The notes under the pieces were generated by a model. That model saw only the letters and a list, made by a program, of their open reading frames with translations, was not told the origin of the DNA and did no database searches. Both the position numbers and the translations under genes were made by a program. This document shows positions 8,677-17,485 of a stretch of 64,000 nucleotides of DNA, one piece after another. Position 1 is the stretch's first letter. Each line of letters begins with the position of its first letter. The DNA is taken from the sequence record ON529857.1; one strand, written 5' to 3'.

Positions 8677-9414
8677 TCAGTCACTCTCCATCAACAGGGA
8701 CTGGATGCGATCCCAGCCCGCGCTGTCGATCTTGTCAAGCGCCGACAGGAACAACCCGACCAGGCGATCCTTAGACACCTGGGGTCCCGCCATGCCGTGC
8801 TGCGGTGGTTGACCGCGCGGCGCGATGATGCCGGCCCAGGAATCCTCCTGGTTGAACTTCTTCATCACCGTCAGGGTGACGTTGTGGCCTCGGCTCTCGT
8901 GATAGCGGCGCTTCGGGAAGCTGTAGGTGTCGCCCGCCATCAGCACCTGAACGCCGCCGATTTTGACGTCCACGCCTCGGCGACGAATCGTCGGCTCCTC
9001 CGAGCCGAGATGAGCCGGCATGACTTCCCACTCATCGAACGATCCGTATCCGGGGACGAACTGGTCTCCCGATCCCGCCGTTTGAACGGCGCCTTCACCC
9101 ACGTCGAGGAAGATGTTCGTCACCGCGCCGAGCAGAACCGTGGAGGTGAAATCGAATCGGTGGTCGTGTCGGCAACCGAAGGATTCCGGCTCCGTCGGCA
9201 GGTCCGGATGCCATAGGTGCAGCCGAACGTCCTCGCTCAAGTAGACCTGAGCGAAACCGACACCGGCGTGATAGCGCGGCTTCAGTCGCCCCGCCACCAG
9301 GCCGGAGCGCAGGTCGCCATGAAGCGGATGCCGGCGATCATTGTCAATGATCTCGGCGATCTTCCGATTGGCGGCCTCGGAGGCCTTCTTCAGCGTCGAC
9401 GGTTTGATGGTCAA
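8677..9414 (-). CDS. cupin-fold hypothetical protein
   Basis: LHLWHP...HDHRFDFTSTVLLG and later YHE metal-ligand pattern; probable TTG start overlapping upstream stop. Confidence 0.55.
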   Translation of the reverse strand: MTIKPSTLKKASEAANRKIAEIIDNDRRHPLHGDLRSGLVAGRLKPRYHAGVGFAQVYLSEDVRLHLWHPDLPTEPESFGCRHDHRFDFTSTVLLGAVTNIFLDVGEGAVQTAGSGDQFVPGYGSFDEWEVMPAHLGSEEPTIRRRGVDVKIGGVQVLMAGDTYSFPKRRYHESRGHNVTLTVMKKFNQEDSWAGIIAPRGQPPQHGMAGPQVSKDRLVGLFLSALDKIDSAGWDRIQSLLMESD

Positions 9415-10325
9415 TTCACGTCCCCTTCCCAACCCGCCGGCGCCCGAAAGCCTGCCGCGTTCTTGTGCCCGCCACCACCGAACTCGCCCGCCACGATCGA
9501 GACGTTGACCGCGCTCGGATCGTCCTTGTCGGAACGCAGCGAGAACGAGCGGGACCCATCAGCCGCGTCGAAATAGATCGCTGCGAACGGCTCGCCCTTG
9601 CTCATGATGTTCCCGCCTTCCGAGGCGAAGATATAAGGCAGGTTCGCGACCGGGACATCGTAGCCGCCAATCGTCATGCGGCGCTTCGACGCTTTGATTG
9701 CGCCGGCGAGGTCGGAGTCGAACTTCTTGCAGAGCGCCCGGCCGATGTCGACCGCGATATCGAAGGTTTCGACCATCGACAAACGCACCGCCGCGTCGGA
9801 CCAGGCCTTGAACGTCATCGGGGTCAGACCGATCCAGGCGCTGATCTCCTTGGAGGACGGCAGCGCCCACGTCCAGAGATCACGATCCTGGATGTAGCGG
9901 ACCAGGTCCGGCAGGCGATCCGCCTCCGTGACGCCGAAGCTGCGCGTGAACGCCGTGACGTCGTCGCCATAGGCGAACTCCCACGCCAGCGCGGCGCCCG
10001 ACTTGGACATGTCGAACACGCCCTTGATCGTGCCGTCTTCGATCATCGGCTCCAGCAGACGCTGCGCCGATTCGTGGTGATCCAGGATGGTGACAGACGC
10101 GGCTTCCGACACGATCTGCATCAGATCGTCCGGCTTGTAGGAGAAGTCGACCAGAAGGACGTGCTTGCCGGCGACGTCAGGAAGACTGTCAGCCTGATAC
10201 TTGCCCGGCTGCATCTCGCAATCGGGCCAGCGCAGCTGGATCGCCCAGGCGGCGGTGAAACCGTCGGCGCAAGGGTGGTGATAGATGCACAGTTCGGGCG
10301 TATAGCCCTCAGGAGCGCGATACAT
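9411..10325 (-). CDS. DHH/DHHA1-family phosphoesterase
   Basis: YHHPCADG, LVDFS, ILDHHES, GGGGHKNAAGF motifs. Confidence 0.9.
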   Translation of the reverse strand: MYRAPEGYTPELCIYHHPCADGFTAAWAIQLRWPDCEMQPGKYQADSLPDVAGKHVLLVDFSYKPDDLMQIVSEAASVTILDHHESAQRLLEPMIEDGTIKGVFDMSKSGAALAWEFAYGDDVTAFTRSFGVTEADRLPDLVRYIQDRDLWTWALPSSKEISAWIGLTPMTFKAWSDAAVRLSMVETFDIAVDIGRALCKKFDSDLAGAIKASKRRMTIGGYDVPVANLPYIFASEGGNIMSKGEPFAAIYFDAADGSRSFSLRSDKDDPSAVNVSIVAGEFGGGGHKNAAGFRAPAGWEGDVN

Positions 10326-10326
10326 C

Positions 10327-10527
10327 TCAGTCCTCGTCGCTTGCGAGGATTTCGATCTCAGCCGATCCCTCCTGGACCAGCTCCATCGAGTCGTCAGCAG
10401 ACAGCGACGAGGAGATGTAGATTTCGCCGTCTTCGTTGCGGCCGATGACGACGACGTCTTCGAGCTCGGCGTCCATGGCGTCGTCCAGAGCGCGATGGGG
10501 CGGGATACGGAACTTGGGCTTACTCAT
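10327..10527 (-). CDS. small acidic hypothetical protein
   Basis: 66 aa; VVVIGRNEDGEIYISSS common in alphaproteobacterial phage small proteins. Confidence 0.65.
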   Translation of the reverse strand: MSKPKFRIPPHRALDDAMDAELEDVVVIGRNEDGEIYISSSLSADDSMELVQEGSAEIEILASDED

Positions 10528-10560
10528 GTGGGGAACTTTTGAGGAAAAGGAAAAGGTTGG

Positions 10561-10953
10561 TCAGGCGCACGCCGGACAGGGCACGGGATGCGGAGCCGGG
10601 ACGCCGGCCGTTCGCACGACCTTGGCGCCGTAGCAGTTGGAGCAGGCGGCCGGATCGGCCGCCGCTTCCTTCTGCTTCATGGCGGTGATGCGCGCGGTGT
10701 GCTCGCAGCAGATGAAGCGATAGCCGTCTTTCGCGTCATATTTGATCGCGATCGGCAGCGCCTTTTCTTCCATGATCTTGTCGGCGAAATGCCGCAGCTC
10801 CCAGGCGGCGCGCATGCGGGCGATGTCGAGCGGGAGCTCTTCAACGCCATAGGCGATGCCGTTCGTCATCACGACGTTGGTCTCGGTCTTATCAAGAAAC
10901 ACCGTAGCGATTTGCGCCGGATCGAGCAGAAACTTGTCGGAAAGAAGCAGCAT
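10561..10953 (-). CDS. hypothetical protein with C-terminal CxxC...CxxC
   Basis: CSNC...CPAC zinc-ribbon pattern. Confidence 0.65.
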   Translation of the reverse strand: MLLLSDKFLLDPAQIATVFLDKTETNVVMTNGIAYGVEELPLDIARMRAAWELRHFADKIMEEKALPIAIKYDAKDGYRFICCEHTARITAMKQKEAAADPAACSNCYGAKVVRTAGVPAPHPVPCPACA

Positions 10954-11258
10954 CAGGCGGCCTCCGCCGGGCCGTAGGTCAGCACGCCGACGCGACCTTC
11001 ATCATCAGGCGGAGACAAGGCGATCGCATAGAGCGCGCTGTCCCCCGAAACTTCCGCCGCCAGGCAATCCCGCCACTGCTTCTTCAGGTAGGCGATCGCG
11101 ATCGGCTCTTCGATCACCTCGCACAGGTCGGACCCCCAGTCTTGCCGGCAGATGTAGTGGACGTCTTCACCGTCACGTTGGAACGTCCCGGCCTCGACGA
11201 TCGTAGCGGGCTCGATGAAGAAGGCTTCGCCGTTGCTGCGTTGATGGAGTTGAATCAC
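10953..11258 (-). CDS. hypothetical protein
   Basis: 101 aa, coupled stop/start. Confidence 0.6.
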   Translation of the reverse strand: MIQLHQRSNGEAFFIEPATIVEAGTFQRDGEDVHYICRQDWGSDLCEVIEEPIAIAYLKKQWRDCLAAEVSGDSALYAIALSPPDDEGRVGVLTYGPAEAA

Positions 11259-11734
11259 AGGATCACCGTCGGGGCGTCGGGCGCCAGGTAAGGTTGAACA
11301 GAATGACGCACCCAGGCGTCATATTCGGACGTCGTGATGCCGTCGGCCGGCTGGGGCCGGATCACGACCAGGCCGCGAAAGCCGTGATACCCCCGCCCCG
11401 TGTAGGGGATGGCGGTCGCCGGGTAGGGAATGACCCGGACGCCGTCATCTCCGGGCACGGCGTCGGGCGACGCCACCAGGGGATAGAGGTCTTCGGCCGC
11501 CTGGCGAGAAGGGACGCAGTAGACCAGGGCGCCGCGCGGCGTCCCCAGAGCCGGAAGCGCCTGAGTGCGCCGGCCCAGGGCATAGGCGTCCAGCTGATCC
11601 TGGGTCGGCTCGTGCAGATACCGATGCGACGTCGGATAGGTATGACCTTTGCGGCAGGTATCGTTTCCGTCCGGCCGCCGCTCTCGCGACATGCCGTCGT
11701 CCCCACAGTGCGGGCAGTAGCCGAGCATCCCCAT
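11255..11734 (-). CDS. hypothetical protein with N-terminal zinc finger
   Basis: CPHC...C..GH motif. Confidence 0.65.
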   Translation of the reverse strand: MGMLGYCPHCGDDGMSRERRPDGNDTCRKGHTYPTSHRYLHEPTQDQLDAYALGRRTQALPALGTPRGALVYCVPSRQAAEDLYPLVASPDAVPGDDGVRVIPYPATAIPYTGRGYHGFRGLVVIRPQPADGITTSEYDAWVRHSVQPYLAPDAPTVIL

Positions 11735-12048
11735 TACCAGCGCACCAGGAAGCTAGGGCGTCCCGCATGTCCGCCTTGGTAAAACTCGCTGCCGTAGCCC
11801 GCCACCTTGAGAGCGCGCGTCACCTCTTCGATCAGCTCGATCTTTTCCGGCCCCACGCGGGGATCGCCGAACAGTCCATAGATGTCGGTGCTCACCTGGC
11901 CCTGGTTGGCGGCATGATCGATGCGCGCCTGGACGAGATAAAGCATCTCATCCAGCGTCACATTCGACATGGCGCGACGCACTTCACGCGCCGGCGTCAG
12001 GGTGGACATAGACATCAGGGGCGCTTCGTCAGTCGATGGCATGATCAC
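11734..12048 (-). CDS. hypothetical protein (paralogue of 12029..12355)
   Basis: A-x-x-G ... L-x-x-AGY ... W pattern shared with neighbour. Confidence 0.65.
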   Translation of the reverse strand: MIMPSTDEAPLMSMSTLTPAREVRRAMSNVTLDEMLYLVQARIDHAANQGQVSTDIYGLFGDPRVGPEKIELIEEVTRALKVAGYGSEFYQGGHAGRPSFLVRW

Positions 12049-12355
12049 GCTCGGGCCAGGACAGGTTGATGTAGCCGCGCGCCGCGTTCGAACCGGCGTC
12101 GACTTGGATCGTGTAGCCGGCGTCTTCGAGCACAGCGGCGAGGTCTTGCACGTAGGGCGACGGCTTGCCGGTCATCCAGGCGCCGGAATGCGGCTGGCCG
12201 ACGATCGTGGTCAGATCGATCACGGAGCGCCCCAGCGACACGGCCTGCTTCACCGCATAATCGATCTTGGCGTAGACGCCGGTCGGATCGGGCTGAGGCA
12301 CGTAAAGGCGGGCTTCAGCGGCGGTGATGAAAGGGGCGGTCTTCTTCTTAGTCAT
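12029..12355 (-). CDS. hypothetical protein (paralogue of 11734..12048)
   Basis: Same pattern. Confidence 0.65.
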   Translation of the reverse strand: MTKKKTAPFITAAEARLYVPQPDPTGVYAKIDYAVKQAVSLGRSVIDLTTIVGQPHSGAWMTGKPSPYVQDLAAVLEDAGYTIQVDAGSNAARGYINLSWPERDHAID

Positions 12356-12687
12356 TAAACGGTCACTCGGTCGAGAAGGTGTTCTGCGATCGCCTCATCC
12401 GAAATCGCCGTTTTGAGCGGACGGCATTCGAAAAAGCGCGCATGATTGGGGTGTTCTGCGATCCACAGCCGCACGAAATAGGCGATGAAATCGTTGGGGA
12501 CCTTGAACGCGTCGCCCTTGGTCTGGATGTCGCAATCCCAGCGGATACGGTTAGCCAACAGCCAACCGCTAATCTTCGGCACGCCCGCCTGGAGCGCTTC
12601 TTGCGCATAATCCTTCCAGGCGGCGTAGAACTCAGGATTGGCCTTGTCCCATCGCCGCCAGCGATCAAACTTGGTGACGGTGGTCAC
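12355..12687 (-). CDS. hypothetical protein
   Basis: GTG at 12687 overlapping upstream stop; LANRIRW...FKVPNDFIAYFVRL...FFECR; lower GC. Confidence 0.6.
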   Translation of the reverse strand: MTTVTKFDRWRRWDKANPEFYAAWKDYAQEALQAGVPKISGWLLANRIRWDCDIQTKGDAFKVPNDFIAYFVRLWIAEHPNHARFFECRPLKTAISDEAIAEHLLDRVTV

Positions 12688-13502
12688 GACTTCCCCATCT
12701 CCTGGATGAGGGCGTCGAAGCGCGCCTTGACCTCTTCTGGCGTCAGGACCTGACCCGCGTCGACCTTCGCCATGGAGCGTTCGACCTTGGCCTCCAGCCA
12801 CTCGTCGTAGCTTTCGTGAATGTCGCCGACGGGGGTGATCGCCTGCTTCATGGCGGTGCGGACCGTTTCGGCGTCGCCCTTGCAGGCCGCCTCGATCACG
12901 TCACGCGACAGGCCGGTGGAGCGCATCATGTAGCGGATCGACCGTTCGAGCAGTTCGGCGGCGGTCAGCTCCGGCACCTCGACCGCCACGGCGTCCTTCA
13001 TCGTCCCGAACATGTAGACGTCGACCTTGGAATGGCGCGTCGACAGCCAGGTGGTGAAGGCCGCTTTCAGCGCCGCTTGAACCGCGTCGTCAGTCCCGGC
13101 GTGATCCGTCGCGATGTTGAAGGCGTCGCTCAGCGCCGTGAGGAGAATCTGTTCATCCTCTTCGGTGAAGGCGAAATCGCTGTCGAAGCCGTCCTCGCCC
13201 CAGCAGTCGGCGTTCTTGTCCAGGAACCACTCAAAGACGTCGTCACGATCGAAGTTCGGTCCCTTGGTCAGGTCGAAGTCCGGCGCGACCGTCAGGCGCT
13301 TGTCCGCTTCGGCGATGTAGATGGTCGAGCCCGGCTCAGGGCCGAAGGGCTCGTCATGCGCCGACTTCAGCGCCGCCGCCTTGGCGTCGTCGAATGTGTT
13401 GAACGGGCCGTGGGCGTATTCGAATTCTTCGTGATCCGCCCAATAGAAACGGAAGACGCCGTTGGAGGGAGCGTCGGCCCAGTCGGGTTCATTAAACGCC
13501 AT
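12684..13502 (-). CDS. hypothetical acidic protein
   Basis: 272 aa ORF with phage-like codon usage. Confidence 0.7.
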   Translation of the reverse strand: MAFNEPDWADAPSNGVFRFYWADHEEFEYAHGPFNTFDDAKAAALKSAHDEPFGPEPGSTIYIAEADKRLTVAPDFDLTKGPNFDRDDVFEWFLDKNADCWGEDGFDSDFAFTEEDEQILLTALSDAFNIATDHAGTDDAVQAALKAAFTTWLSTRHSKVDVYMFGTMKDAVAVEVPELTAAELLERSIRYMMRSTGLSRDVIEAACKGDAETVRTAMKQAITPVGDIHESYDEWLEAKVERSMAKVDAGQVLTPEEVKARFDALIQEMGKS

Positions 13503-13504
13503 GA

Positions 13505-13678
13505 TCAGGCCCCTTCCTGCAAGGCCTGGATCAAGGCCGAAACCTCAAGGCGATGAATGATGAAGTCGCACGCGCCCAGGTAATCCTGGCGGCCTTCACC
13601 GATCACGCGAACGAACGACGCCTCGGGACGAGGATCGTCTCGGCCGGCGGCGTCACAGGGAATGAGTTGAAACGACAT
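13505..13678 (-). CDS. small hypothetical protein (not in ORF track)
   Basis: AGGAG RBS; MSFQLIPCDAAG...QEGA, 57 aa. Confidence 0.55.
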   Translation of the reverse strand: MSFQLIPCDAAGRDDPRPEASFVRVIGEGRQDYLGACDFIIHRLEVSALIQALQEGA

Positions 13679-13754
13679 CTGAACTCCTACAGAGACAGCT
13701 GGACGTGGATGAGAGCCGCCAGTTCGACGCAGCGGCGGAACAAAGCGGGGATCA

Positions 13755-14720
13755 TCAGGCGATCTTTGACGTCACCTGGACGCAGGCGGCGGGTGAGGCG
13801 AAATAAGCAGGCGCGGCCGCGCGGTATCCTTCCCGATACGCCGCCGGGGAGCCTTCATGCGGATAGGCGAAAGGCGACATCTGGGAGGGGAACAGTCCGG
13901 TGGTCAGAAAGACATACCGGTGCAAGAAGCGATTACGCGCTTCGCTCGGCGACCAGGGTCGGATGGTGAAGGGCAGAGGATCGACGTCGCGCAACAAGGC
14001 CCAGACCTCGGTGTCTTCGGGACGACGCGGCATGAGATCGCGCTTTTCCGTCGCCAGCATCACCAGGTCGATTGCCTTGACCGGCGCGGACATCTTGGTC
14101 GGCAGGTTGAAGGTGCGCGCGATCGACGCCTCAACCCCGTGCTCGATCGCCCGGTAGCAGGGCATCAACTGCTTCAGCGGGCTGGAGACGTCTCCCAACA
14201 CGCTTTCGGAGGCGTCATGCAGCAGCGCCTCCAGCTCATAGCCCGGTTCGCAGTTCTCACTCGCCAGTACGCTGTGCTGCGCCACGGTGTAAACAGCATT
14301 GGGATCGATGTGCGCGCCCAGCTGCCCGGTAAAGCGGCAAATCCGCGACAGACCGGCGGCGACGTCTTCGATCGTCAACGGCGTTGTGTCGGGCTCCAGG
14401 AAATCGAAGTAGACGCCAGACGCCAGCTGGATCGACGGGTGCATCTTCAGCTGGTTGATCGTCCCGTCCGCCATCACCTGGATTTCACGCGCCTTGGCGG
14501 TGGTGCGTTCTTCCAGCAGGTCCAGGTAGGCGTCCGCCACCAGAGCGGCGTCGGTGCCGAAATCAGAGCGGCCGGTCCTGGGGTCCGTCTCGGCGATCCG
14601 GGTGCGCATCCGCAGGCGAAGAGCGGCGTTGCGCAGCTGGTCCGGCGTCATCGACAGGCGAAAGCCTTCCAGCTGGAGGTCCTGGGTGCGATTGTTGGCG
14701 GCGTCTGCGGCGAGGCTCAT
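13755..14720 (-). CDS. HD-domain phosphohydrolase (YfbR/5'-deoxynucleotidase-like) with N-terminal extension
   Basis: RICRFTG, YTVAQHSV, LLHDASE, IDLVMLATEKRDL motifs. Confidence 0.85.
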   Translation of the reverse strand: MSLAADAANNRTQDLQLEGFRLSMTPDQLRNAALRLRMRTRIAETDPRTGRSDFGTDAALVADAYLDLLEERTTAKAREIQVMADGTINQLKMHPSIQLASGVYFDFLEPDTTPLTIEDVAAGLSRICRFTGQLGAHIDPNAVYTVAQHSVLASENCEPGYELEALLHDASESVLGDVSSPLKQLMPCYRAIEHGVEASIARTFNLPTKMSAPVKAIDLVMLATEKRDLMPRRPEDTEVWALLRDVDPLPFTIRPWSPSEARNRFLHRYVFLTTGLFPSQMSPFAYPHEGSPAAYREGYRAAAPAYFASPAACVQVTSKIA

Positions 14721-14800
14721 TCCGAGGCCTTAGAAATGGTTAACGCCAGCCGTGATGTCACGGCTGGCGCCCCATGTCAAGATTTACAACAGAGGTGGAG

Positions 14801-15112
14801 TCAGTCTCCTCCGCCGCCGCCTCCGTCACCCCCGCCGGAACAACCGCCGCCGCCGCCCGAACACGATCCCCCTCCGCCATGGTAATCACCGCCGCCGAAA
14901 AAGAAGACGGGAACATCGTCCCCAGAATCGTAGCGACGCGACGACACATTGCGGGAAGTCGACCGATAGTCCATCCGCCTGGGTTCGGCCGACGTCAACG
15001 GGAAGAGTTCACGAGGTCCGCTCGTGGGGCGGCGTTTGCCGGCGGCGCCCAGCAGGGCTATCACGACGACGAACACCGTAAAGAAGATGCCGACGAAAAT
15101 GAGGTCAGCCAT
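14801..15112 (-). CDS. membrane protein with Gly-rich C-terminal tail
   Basis: N-terminal TM helix; GGGGSCSGGGGG tail. Confidence 0.65.
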   Translation of the reverse strand: MADLIFVGIFFTVFVVVIALLGAAGKRRPTSGPRELFPLTSAEPRRMDYRSTSRNVSSRRYDSGDDVPVFFFGGGDYHGGGGSCSGGGGGCSGGGDGGGGGGD

Positions 15113-15269
15113 TTGGTTTCCTTCCGACAAACATGACGATTTGATAATCGCCGTCCGGCGAAATGCCGGTGGTGAAGTTGAGCGGCCCGACGCGGATGTC
15201 GCCGAACCAGGGCGAGGCGATGATGAAAATCAGGAACAGCCAGATTCCCGCGAAGACCGCGCCCCACAT
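15105..15269 (-). CDS. small membrane protein (not in ORF track)
   Basis: MWGAVFAGIWLFLIFIIASPW..., 54 aa, overlaps neighbours. Confidence 0.5.
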   Translation of the reverse strand: MWGAVFAGIWLFLIFIIASPWFGDIRVGPLNFTTGISPDGDYQIVMFVGRKPNG

Positions 15270-15550
15270 CACAGACGCCCCGACATGAAGTTGCGATGAA
15301 GGCCCAGCACCTGGGGGTCCTTCACCTTATTCGTCTGGGTGGGGCAGAGCCGGCGGCAGATCGCCACGATCTGACGTTCGCGCGCCTGACGGGTCTCTTC
15401 GTCAACCACTTCGATCGGATTGACGTCCGCCTTGGCGAAGGCAGCGATGTAGGTGCGACTGTTCATCGCCCCGGACAGCGTGGCGCGTTTGGTCTCGCTT
15501 GCCGGATTGATCCGGTCCGTCTTATGGCGTTCGTCGATATTGCGGAACAT
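15269..15550 (-). CDS. hypothetical protein
   Basis: 93 aa. Confidence 0.55.
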   Translation of the reverse strand: MFRNIDERHKTDRINPASETKRATLSGAMNSRTYIAAFAKADVNPIEVVDEETRQARERQIVAICRRLCPTQTNKVKDPQVLGLHRNFMSGRL

Positions 15551-15552
15551 GG

Positions 15553-15975
15553 TTACAGGGTCAGGACGCGGACAGGGCCGCCGGAATAGATGTCGTACTC
15601 AAGCGCACAGTGCACCGCCTCGGACGCCGTAGCGCCGGCCGCCATGGCACCCAACGCGAGTTCACGGCCGGACCCCAGGGCGAAGTAGGGGCGATCCACG
15701 GTCAGGGAGCCGTATTCGCTGAACAACACCGCATGGCCCGAAGGCGCGATGATGAAGCCGGTGCTTTCGGCGCCGCTGGATTCCATCGGGCAGCGCCCGT
15801 GGGCGCCTTTGCGGACCCAGGCCATGAACGACACCACGGCCGCCCAGGTCCCAACGCCGCCGAACAGGACGCCGCGATGACTTTCGATCTTCACGGCGGA
15901 GCCTTCGCGGATGCCGTTCATCGTGACAAGGGAATCCGACGCCAGAACGCCGTCTCGATAAGCGATAGTGGTCAC
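15553..15975 (-). CDS. HslV/proteasome-beta-like N-terminal-threonine peptidase
   Basis: GTG at 15975 gives (M)TTIAY..GVLASDS; ALGSG and DIYSGG motifs of the Ntn-hydrolase family. Confidence 0.7.
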   Translation of the reverse strand: MTTIAYRDGVLASDSLVTMNGIREGSAVKIESHRGVLFGGVGTWAAVVSFMAWVRKGAHGRCPMESSGAESTGFIIAPSGHAVLFSEYGSLTVDRPYFALGSGRELALGAMAAGATASEAVHCALEYDIYSGGPVRVLTL

Positions 15976-16268
15976 GCAGGCTCGGTGGTTCGGGGTTTGC
16001 TGGATCGATAACGCTGCGGCACGGGCCAGCACGTCAGCAGGCTCTCGCCGGCGAACAGATAGAGATTGCCGCCGTGGACGCGGATGTTGGTCGCCTTGCG
16101 CTCGGACAGATAGAGACCGTCCAGGTAACGCCGGAACGATCCGCTGAACGCCTTGGGCGGCGCGCCCTGCTCCAGCGCGGTTTCGGCCTGGCGCTGAACC
16201 GCCTTGCGCGGAATCCCCATACGCTTACGCGCGCGCAGCTCCGCGTGTTCGGTTACATGGGCGCTCAT
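15972..16268 (-). CDS. hypothetical protein, possible DUF4258/RelE-like toxin
   Basis: V(T/S)EHA.LR.R.R.GI N-terminus; ATGA overlap with upstream antitoxin-like gene. Confidence 0.45.
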   Translation of the reverse strand: MSAHVTEHAELRARKRMGIPRKAVQRQAETALEQGAPPKAFSGSFRRYLDGLYLSERKATNIRVHGGNLYLFAGESLLTCWPVPQRYRSSKPRTTEPA

Positions 16269-16540
16269 GACACGCTCGCCATTTCGGCAGAGATGCGCTC
16301 GCTCGTCGCCAGGAAAGCGATCAGGTCCTCGACCTCGCGCTGATGCGCCGGAGTCAAGTCGGTCAGGCGACAGATCATGCGCTCCATCCGAGCATAGTCA
16401 GAGGATGTCATGACGACGAGATGGGCGTATTCACCCGCGCTGCCCACGAGAACCGGTTCGACCAACGCCTTGCGCTGGATTTCCCGCCAGCCCAAGGTGT
16501 CGCTCGGCGTTGAGATTCTCTGCATCAGGTGCATCTTCAT
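16265..16540 (-). CDS. Phd/YefM-like antitoxin
   Basis: WREIQRKALVEPVLV..G...HLVVMTSSDYARM matches the Phd/YefM pattern. Confidence 0.55.
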   Translation of the reverse strand: MKMHLMQRISTPSDTLGWREIQRKALVEPVLVGSAGEYAHLVVMTSSDYARMERMICRLTDLTPAHQREVEDLIAFLATSERISAEMASVS

Positions 16541-16548
16541 GGCGTCTC

Positions 16549-16830
16549 CTATCCGGCTCGGCCGGGTTTGGCGGGTCGCATGTCGTAGGGGTTGGACCGC
16601 ATCCCCAGGGGGATGGTGTCGTTCAACTCAGCCTGCGCCGGCTCGTAGATCGAGTAGTCGGAATCGTTGAGCACGATCCCGAAGAAGTTCCGGGTGTAGC
16701 GACGATAAAAGGTATGGGCGTGCTTCTCCGTGTCTTCGATAAACGCCAGGGTGCGTCCCGTCACCGACGCGCCGATCGCGCGAAGCTTATCCACGCCGGT
16801 CGGGTTGAGAGTGGCGATGTAACGGGGCAT
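16549..16830 (-). CDS. hypothetical protein
   Basis: 93 aa. Confidence 0.6.
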   Translation of the reverse strand: MPRYIATLNPTGVDKLRAIGASVTGRTLAFIEDTEKHAHTFYRRYTRNFFGIVLNDSDYSIYEPAQAELNDTIPLGMRSNPYDMRPAKPGRAG

Positions 16831-16894
16831 TCAAGCATCCTGACACAGAGCGTCAGCGATACTGACACAGTTCTGGCGTTTTGGAAAGTTCGTC

Positions 16895-17485
16895 CTAGAC
16901 CGTGGTTGCGCGATTGGCGCGCGTCCACTTCCGCAGGTTGGCGTCGAACAGCGCCAGGATCGGGTAGAAACGAACCTGCCACCGCAGGAAGGCGGCGTAT
17001 CGCGGCGTCCCTTCTTCGGGATGGAAGTAGACGTAGATGCGCTCGCGCCAGGTAGCCGGCGGGGTCGAGGTGCTGCCGGAGCGGCGCCGCGAATACTTCA
17101 TCTCGCCAATCGCGCGAAAACCGAGTTCATTCACGCGGGCGGTTTTCGCCAGCGGCGGCGTCGGGAAGTGGGGATGCACCTGGCCCGAAGACATGTGGTT
17201 GGGGCGAATGGTTTCCGACGTCATCCAGTCCGGTCGCAGCGGGCCGCGATTACACACCTCCGGCTCCGGTGTCGGATGCTGTCGGTGGTGCTGCCGGCGT
17301 TTCTCATTCGCCTGATCGAACAGTCGTGAAGCGTCCTTGGCGGCCTGGCGCATGTTCGCCTTGGCGGCGTAGGCGCGCGCGTTGGCCTCCTCCCATTCAC
17401 GGCGATTGAGGCTGACCTGCTTGAGGTGGAGTTTCGCCTGGGCGTCCAGGGCGTCCGCGTCGGTCAGAAGGGTCGGCTTAAGCAT
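16895..17485 (-). CDS. hypothetical basic protein
   Basis: 196 aa, coupled to upstream gene. Confidence 0.6.
   Translation of the reverse strand: MLKPTLLTDADALDAQAKLHLKQVSLNRREWEEANARAYAAKANMRQAAKDASRLFDQANEKRRQHHRQHPTPEPEVCNRGPLRPDWMTSETIRPNHMSSGQVHPHFPTPPLAKTARVNELGFRAIGEMKYSRRRSGSTSTPPATWRERIYVYFHPEEGTPRYAAFLRWQVRFYPILALFDANLRKWTRANRATTV

Noticed and set aside
14801-14900. GCC/CCG microsatellite-like run
   Set aside because: Explained by the poly-Gly tail of a membrane protein.
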